Shown one piece after another: positions 56,736-60,928 of a DNA stretch of 60,928 nucleotides. The notes under the pieces were generated by a model. The model was given only the letters and a program-made list of their open reading frames with translations, was not told the origin of the DNA and ran no database searches. The DNA is taken from positions 107,983-168,910 of the forward strand of contig JBHPMC010000001.1 in NCBI GenBank assembly GCA_042562495.1. The letters are read 5' to 3'. Positions within the stretch are counted from its first letter, which is position 1, and each line of letters starts with the position of its first letter. A program made the position numbers and the translations under genes. Origin of the DNA: Candidatus Margulisiibacteriota bacterium. Its GTDB lineage: Bacteria; Margulisbacteria; Termititenacia; CAZZFK01.

Positions 56736-57482
56736 ATGGCGTTGGAATTAAAAGATAAAGTAGCGATAGTGACCGGTTCCGCACGAGGGATCGGCAAGGC
56801 AATTGCGGCTAGATTAGCTCAGGCAGGGGCCAAGGTCGTGATCACGGATGTGAACGTTGAGCAAAGCGAAGCAACCGCAAAAGAGATCGCCGGCCTAGGT
56901 GTAGAAACTTTAGCTATAGGTTGTAATGTAACTAAAAAAGCAGAAGTAGATAATTTGATGTCCAAAGCCAAGGAAAAATTCGGCTCGATCGATATCATCG
57001 TTAATAATGCCGGAGTAACCCGCGATGGATTATTTGTACGAATGAAGGAAGAAGATTGGGACCTGGTGCTCAATATCAATCTAAAGGGTACATTTCTTTG
57101 TGCCCAGGCCGCCGGTGCCATTATGATGAAGCAAAAGAAAGGCAAGATCATTAATATTGCTTCTGTATCAGGAATATTTGGTAATGCCGGGCAGGCTAAT
57201 TATGCTGCTTCTAAGGCTGGCGTGATCGGGCTGACCAAGGTCATGGCTAGGGAGCTTGCCAAGAGAAATATCAATTGTAATGCTATTGCTCCGGGATTTA
57301 TAAAAACCGATATGACTGATAAACTATCAGATGATATAAAGGCCACTGTGGAAAAGCAAATTCCCTTGGGGAAGATGGGCACAGTAGAAGATATTGCCAA
57401 TACGGCTTTATTTTTAGCATCTGAAGAAGCGAATTATATAACCGGCCAAGTCTTAACGGTTTGTGGCGGCTTAGTAATGTAA
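56736..57482 (+). CDS. fabG: 3-oxoacyl-ACP reductase
   Basis: TGSARGIG, NNAGVTRD, NYAASKAG, PGFIKTDMT. Confidence 0.97.
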   Translation: MALELKDKVAIVTGSARGIGKAIAARLAQAGAKVVITDVNVEQSEATAKEIAGLGVETLAIGCNVTKKAEVDNLMSKAKEKFGSIDIIVNNAGVTRDGLFVRMKEEDWDLVLNINLKGTFLCAQAAGAIMMKQKKGKIINIASVSGIFGNAGQANYAASKAGVIGLTKVMARELAKRNINCNAIAPGFIKTDMTDKLSDDIKATVEKQIPLGKMGTVEDIANTALFLASEEANYITGQVLTVCGGLVM

Positions 57483-57486
57483 TAAT

Positions 57487-57541
57487 TCTTAGGATTAGGT
57501 CGAAGGCCTTTTTTAAAGGGCCCTAGACTTAAGGCCTAAGA
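57487..57541 (+). promoter_or_regulatory. long intergenic stem-loop upstream of acpP
   Basis: TCTTAGG/CCTAAGA, TTAGGTC/GACTTAA and GGCCTTTT/AAAGGGCC nested arms. Confidence 0.6.
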
Positions 57542-57572
57542 TCAAAAAAAAGAAAGGAAGGGGTGAGATCTT

Positions 57573-57821
57573 ATGGCAATTAATGAAGATGAAGTGTATG
57601 GAAAGATCAAGACTGTAGTTGTAGACCAATTAGGTGTTGGCGATGGCGAAGTCACTAAAGAAGCTTCTTATATAGAAGATTTAGGTGCCGATTCTTTGGA
57701 TACTGTAGAATTGGTCATGGCTTTGGAAGAAGAATTCGATACAGAAATACCTGATGAAGAAGCAGAAAAACTAACAACTGTTGGCAAGACCGTTGAGTAT
57801 ATTATGAAAAATTTAAATTAA
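57573..57821 (+). CDS. acpP: acyl carrier protein
   Basis: [20 protein letters not shown]. Confidence 0.98.
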   Translation: MAINEDEVYGKIKTVVVDQLGVGDGEVTKEASYIEDLGADSLDTVELVMALEEEFDTEIPDEEAEKLTTVGKTVEYIMKNLN

Positions 57822-57830
57822 ATTTAAATT

Positions 57831-57862
57831 ACCGGGGATGGGCAAATGCTTGTCCCCGGTTT
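57831..57862 (+). terminator. stem-loop after acpP (weak terminator or 3' stabiliser)
   Basis: ACCGGGGATGGGC-AAAT-GCTTGTCCCCGGT followed by only a short U-run. Confidence 0.6.
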
Positions 57863-57878
57863 AGAACAAGGAAAGAGA

Positions 57879-58844
57879 ATGGAAATGAAGTTACCTGAAT
57901 TAAAGATCGGCAAATTCACAGCGAAATATCCCATTATCCAAGGGGGTATGTCGGTGCGTATTTCTCGAGCGCCTTTGGCAGCAGCAGTGGCTAATGCCGG
58001 AGGTATTGGAGTGATCGGCGGTTCAGGTATCGATGTCAACGAGATCGCTGAGGAAGTTCGTCAGGCCAAGGCTATGACCAAGCCTGGGGGAGTAATCGGT
58101 ATAAATATAATGTTCGCTATTACCAAATTCTTTGAGCTGGTTCATGCTTCGATCGATGCCGGAGTGGATATGATCTTTACCGGAGCAGGTTTTTCCAGAG
58201 ATGTTTTTAAGATCGGTAAAGAGAAAAATGTGCCTATTGTTTCTATTGTTTCTTCAGCAAAATTCGGCAGATTAGCCGAGAAACTGGGAGCAGCTGCTAT
58301 TGTTGTAGAAGGTGCTGAGGCCGGAGGGCATTTAGGCACAGATCGTTCTATAAAAGATATATTTCCAGAAGTTCGTGAAGTTGTTTCAAAGGTGCCCTTG
58401 ATCGCCGCAGGAGGGATCATGGATGGTTATGAGATAGCAGGATTTCTAAAAGAGTATAAAGCAGATGCTGTTCAAATGGCGACACGTTTTGTAGTAGCCG
58501 AAGAATGTTCTGCCTCTCAGGAATTTAAAGACATGTATTTAAATGCAGAAAAAGAACAAGTGATGAACGTTAAAAGTCCGGTAGGCATGACCGGGCGAGC
58601 TTTGCGTAATCCTTTTATGAATGCCGTAGAGCAAGGGAAATATCCGGCCGTGCGTTGCCCTTATCAGTGTTTGAAAAGTTGCAATAGAGTTTATTGTATT
58701 ATCGAAGCTTTGATCAATTCCCAGGAAGGGCGAGTTGATAAAGGCCTGGTCTTTACTGGAGTTTGGCGCTTGAAAGGTAAAAAGGTCCAACCTACCAAAG
58801 AGATCATGGAAGAGCTAATAAAAGAAGCTGAATCTGTCGAATAA
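57879..58844 (+). CDS. FabK/nitronate-monooxygenase family flavoprotein with FabX-type 4-Cys motif; start revised to ATG 57879
   Basis: LKIGKFTAKYPIIQGGM, VEGAEAGGHLG, AAGGI, VQMATRF, SPVGMTGRA, CPYQCLKSCNRVYCI. Confidence 0.88.
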   Translation: MEMKLPELKIGKFTAKYPIIQGGMSVRISRAPLAAAVANAGGIGVIGGSGIDVNEIAEEVRQAKAMTKPGGVIGINIMFAITKFFELVHASIDAGVDMIFTGAGFSRDVFKIGKEKNVPIVSIVSSAKFGRLAEKLGAAAIVVEGAEAGGHLGTDRSIKDIFPEVREVVSKVPLIAAGGIMDGYEIAGFLKEYKADAVQMATRFVVAEECSASQEFKDMYLNAEKEQVMNVKSPVGMTGRALRNPFMNAVEQGKYPAVRCPYQCLKSCNRVYCIIEALINSQEGRVDKGLVFTGVWRLKGKKVQPTKEIMEELIKEAESVE

Positions 58845-58860
58845 ATTTCAGGAGAAAAAA

Positions 58861-60111
58861 GTGAATAGTAAAAAGAGAGTTGTAATAACTGGATTGGGCA
58901 CAATAAATTCCTTAGGCGATAACGTTGCTAAGACTTGGGAAAATATTCTTGCTGGCAAGTGCGGGATAGGGAATATTACTGTTTTTGATACAACAGGCTT
59001 TCCAGTTACTATAGCTTCAGAAATAAAAGATTATGATGTAACAAAGTATTTAGATCGTAAAGAAGCCAAACGTATGGCACGATTTATGCAGTATGCTGTA
59101 ATTGCTGCCAAGGAGGCGGTTGCCGACAGTGGGCTGGATGTTGCTAAGGATGCTGAAGATATAGGAGTTTTTATTGGCTCCGGTATCGGCGGTATTGAGA
59201 TCCTGGAAAAAGCTAAGGAGATCTTGTTATCCAGAGGTGCTACCAAGGTCAGCCCGTTTGTAGTTCCGATGATGATCAACGATATGGCAGCGGGCCAGGT
59301 TGCAATTTCTTTGGGAGCAAAAGGGCCGAATGCCTGTGTGACCACAGCTTGTGCTTCCGGGAATCATTCTATAGGTGAAGCAATGACAACAATCCAACGC
59401 GGTGATGCCGTGGCTATGATCGCAGGTGGGTCTGAAGCGGCTATTACACCGGTCTCGGTCGCAGGTTTTGCTGCAGCCAGAGCCTTGTCACAGAATAATT
59501 CTGATCCTCAACATGCTTCCAAACCATTTGATAAGGATAGAGATGGTTTTGTAATGGGTGAAGGAGCCGGGGTCACTGTTATTGAAGATCTAGATCATGC
59601 TTTAGCCAGAGGTGCAAAAATATATGGTGAATTAGCTGGCTATGGCGCTACTGGAGATGCTTATCATATAACCTCTCCTTCGCCAGATCCAAAAAGCGGC
59701 GGGCAACGCAGGGCTATGGCTAGAGCTATTAAAGATGCTGGTTTAGAACCTAAAGATATTGATTATATTAATGCGCATGGCACTTCAACTCAATTAAATG
59801 ATAAATATGAAACTGCAGCGATAAAAGATCTGTTTGGAGAACATGCTAAGAAATTAGCCGTCAGTTCTACCAAGGGCGCAACCGGTCATTTGTTAGGTGC
59901 GGCCAGTGCTTTAGAGTTTGTGCTAACTACAAAAGCATTGCAGGAAAATATTGCTCCGCCAACAATCAATTACAAAACCCCTGATCCGGAATGTGATCTG
60001 GATTATGTACCCAATAAACCGCGCAAGATGACGATCAGTGCGGCAATGTCCAATTCTTTTGGATTCGGCGGGCACAATGGTATTATCGTGATCAAGAAAT
60101 TCAAGAAATAG
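58861..60111 (+). CDS. fabF: 3-oxoacyl-ACP synthase II
   Basis: TACASG, NAHGTST, TGHLLGAA, NSFGFGGHN. Confidence 0.97.
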   Translation: MNSKKRVVITGLGTINSLGDNVAKTWENILAGKCGIGNITVFDTTGFPVTIASEIKDYDVTKYLDRKEAKRMARFMQYAVIAAKEAVADSGLDVAKDAEDIGVFIGSGIGGIEILEKAKEILLSRGATKVSPFVVPMMINDMAAGQVAISLGAKGPNACVTTACASGNHSIGEAMTTIQRGDAVAMIAGGSEAAITPVSVAGFAAARALSQNNSDPQHASKPFDKDRDGFVMGEGAGVTVIEDLDHALARGAKIYGELAGYGATGDAYHITSPSPDPKSGGQRRAMARAIKDAGLEPKDIDYINAHGTSTQLNDKYETAAIKDLFGEHAKKLAVSSTKGATGHLLGAASALEFVLTTKALQENIAPPTINYKTPDPECDLDYVPNKPRKMTISAAMSNSFGFGGHNGIIVIKKFKK

Positions 60112-60112
60112 A

Positions 60113-60799
60113 CTAGGGTTTCTCTGTAGTTTTCTTAAACCATTCAAGTATCTTTTTATTCTCAGGAATGTAGTGTTCATGCCCCATATCTTTTTCTTCA
60201 ACGAAGAACACATCATACCCGCGTGCTTTAATATATTTAGAGGACAATTGCCCATATATCGTCGGGATCATTTCGTCTTTTTCTCCATGGACCATATATA
60301 TAGGAAGGCGATGAGCAGGATCATCCTGAAAGTCTATCCAGCTTGAGGGGCCGCCTATTAAGGTCCCCATGAACGTGGCGATCCCGTTAAAATCTTGATA
60401 GTGATTAATTCCAACATACAAAGCGAATTGACCACCTGCGGAAGCTCCGGAGAGCAATGTCCTATTAATCCCATATTCTTTTTGAAAGTGCCTTGTCCTG
60501 GCCAGGATCCTTTCTACATCATCTACCTGCCAGCCCCATTTATTGAAAGAATTCGGTACCAAGACAAGATAATTGTGTTTTTCGGCTTCTTGTAGCCAGT
60601 TCTTTATATAATCTTTGGCGCGTTCACCAGAACCATGTAGGGCGACGATCATTTTATGCTCATTTTTAGTTGGGATAAAAACCGAGTAATCACCTTGGCC
60701 CTCAGGGAAATGATATATACCTGGGTTTAAGGGGGAAGCGAAAGAGAACGTGGAAAAGAAACACCCAAATAACCAAATAACCAAATACCCGAACAGCAA
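60113..60799 (-). CDS. secreted alpha/beta-fold esterase/phospholipase-like protein (start uncertain)
   Basis: ALHGSG, SGASAGG nucleophile, VHGEKD, MGH; hydrophobic N-terminus. Confidence 0.8.
   Translation of the reverse strand: MLFGYLVIWLFGCFFSTFSFASPLNPGIYHFPEGQGDYSVFIPTKNEHKMIVALHGSGERAKDYIKNWLQEAEKHNYLVLVPNSFNKWGWQVDDVERILARTRHFQKEYGINRTLLSGASAGGQFALYVGINHYQDFNGIATFMGTLIGGPSSWIDFQDDPAHRLPIYMVHGEKDEMIPTIYGQLSSKYIKARGYDVFFVEEKDMGHEHYIPENKKILEWFKKTTEKP
60764..60795. repeat. four 8-bp tandem units flanked by an 11-bp inverted repeat
   Basis: CCCAAATA-ACCAAATA-ACCAAATA-CCCGAACA; AAACACCCAAA (60759-60769) and TTTGGGTGTTT (60817-60827). Confidence 0.75.
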
Positions 60800-60874
60800 A
60801 AATATTTTTTTGGGGCTTTGGGTGTTTTTCTAAAGCTATTCATTTAATATAAAGTATTATAATATATCGTTCCT

Positions 60875-60928
60875 ATGTCAAAGAAGAATTTATTTATAAC
60901 CGGGATCACAGGCTGTGTGGGGCATTAT
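60875..60928 (+). CDS. NAD(P)-dependent epimerase/oxidoreductase, 5' fragment truncated by the window end
   Basis: MSKKNLFITGITGCVGHY, a Rossmann GxxGxxG motif; TATAAT at 60858-60863. Confidence 0.7.
   Translation, partial: MSKKNLFITGITGCVGHY

Noticed and set aside
1-60928. tRNA, rRNA, tmRNA, riboswitch, IS or prophage
   Set aside because: No recognisable signatures by eye and the intergenic gaps are short; an Infernal/tRNAscan run would be needed to exclude them formally.

Overview
A 60.9-kb chromosomal segment, gene-dense and AT-rich (roughly 40% GC by eye), made mostly of housekeeping genes. It comes from a diderm bacterium (three outer-membrane barrel-like genes) with Firmicutes-like gene order and some cyanobacteria-like proteins; Ca. 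Margulisbacteria or a related Terrabacteria lineage is my inference, not a verified assignment. Gene order: ssb-rpsR-rplI, uvrC, M23 peptidase-ctpA-polysaccharide deacetylase, phosphomutase, pyrB-pyrC-[ycbK-like + 1105-aa repeat protein]-carA, xseAB-ispA-DUF212-dxs, a minus-strand block (aroC; rpsP-khpA-ylqD-rimM-trmD-rplS-lepB; folP-folK-tsaE-tsaB-rimI), orphan barrel proteins, miaA-dapF-dapL, rnc-smc-folD, MATE, nadE, radA, clpC and an ArfB-like factor. I saw no rRNA, tRNA, CRISPR array, transposase or phage genes. The best candidate for an undescribed system is at 48.5-60.1 kb. There the FAS-II operon (yceD-rpmF-plsX-fabH...fabD-fabG-acpP-fabF) carries an acyl-CoA dehydrogenase plus a bifurcating-type EtfB/EtfA (EtfA with a 2x[4Fe-4S] domain) between fabH and fabD. 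It also carries a FabK-family enzyme with the FabX-type 4-Cys motif, and no fabI or fabZ. Directly upstream is a MerR-HTH/DegV (fatty-acid-binding fold) fusion. This suggests fatty-acid synthesis coupled to flavin-based electron bifurcation under a lipid-sensing regulator (hypothesis). Other points of note: recurrent leaderless-type promoters, a ClpC lacking its middle domain, several long leader or intergenic hairpins, a REP-like element, and a frameshifted repeat-containing signal peptide.
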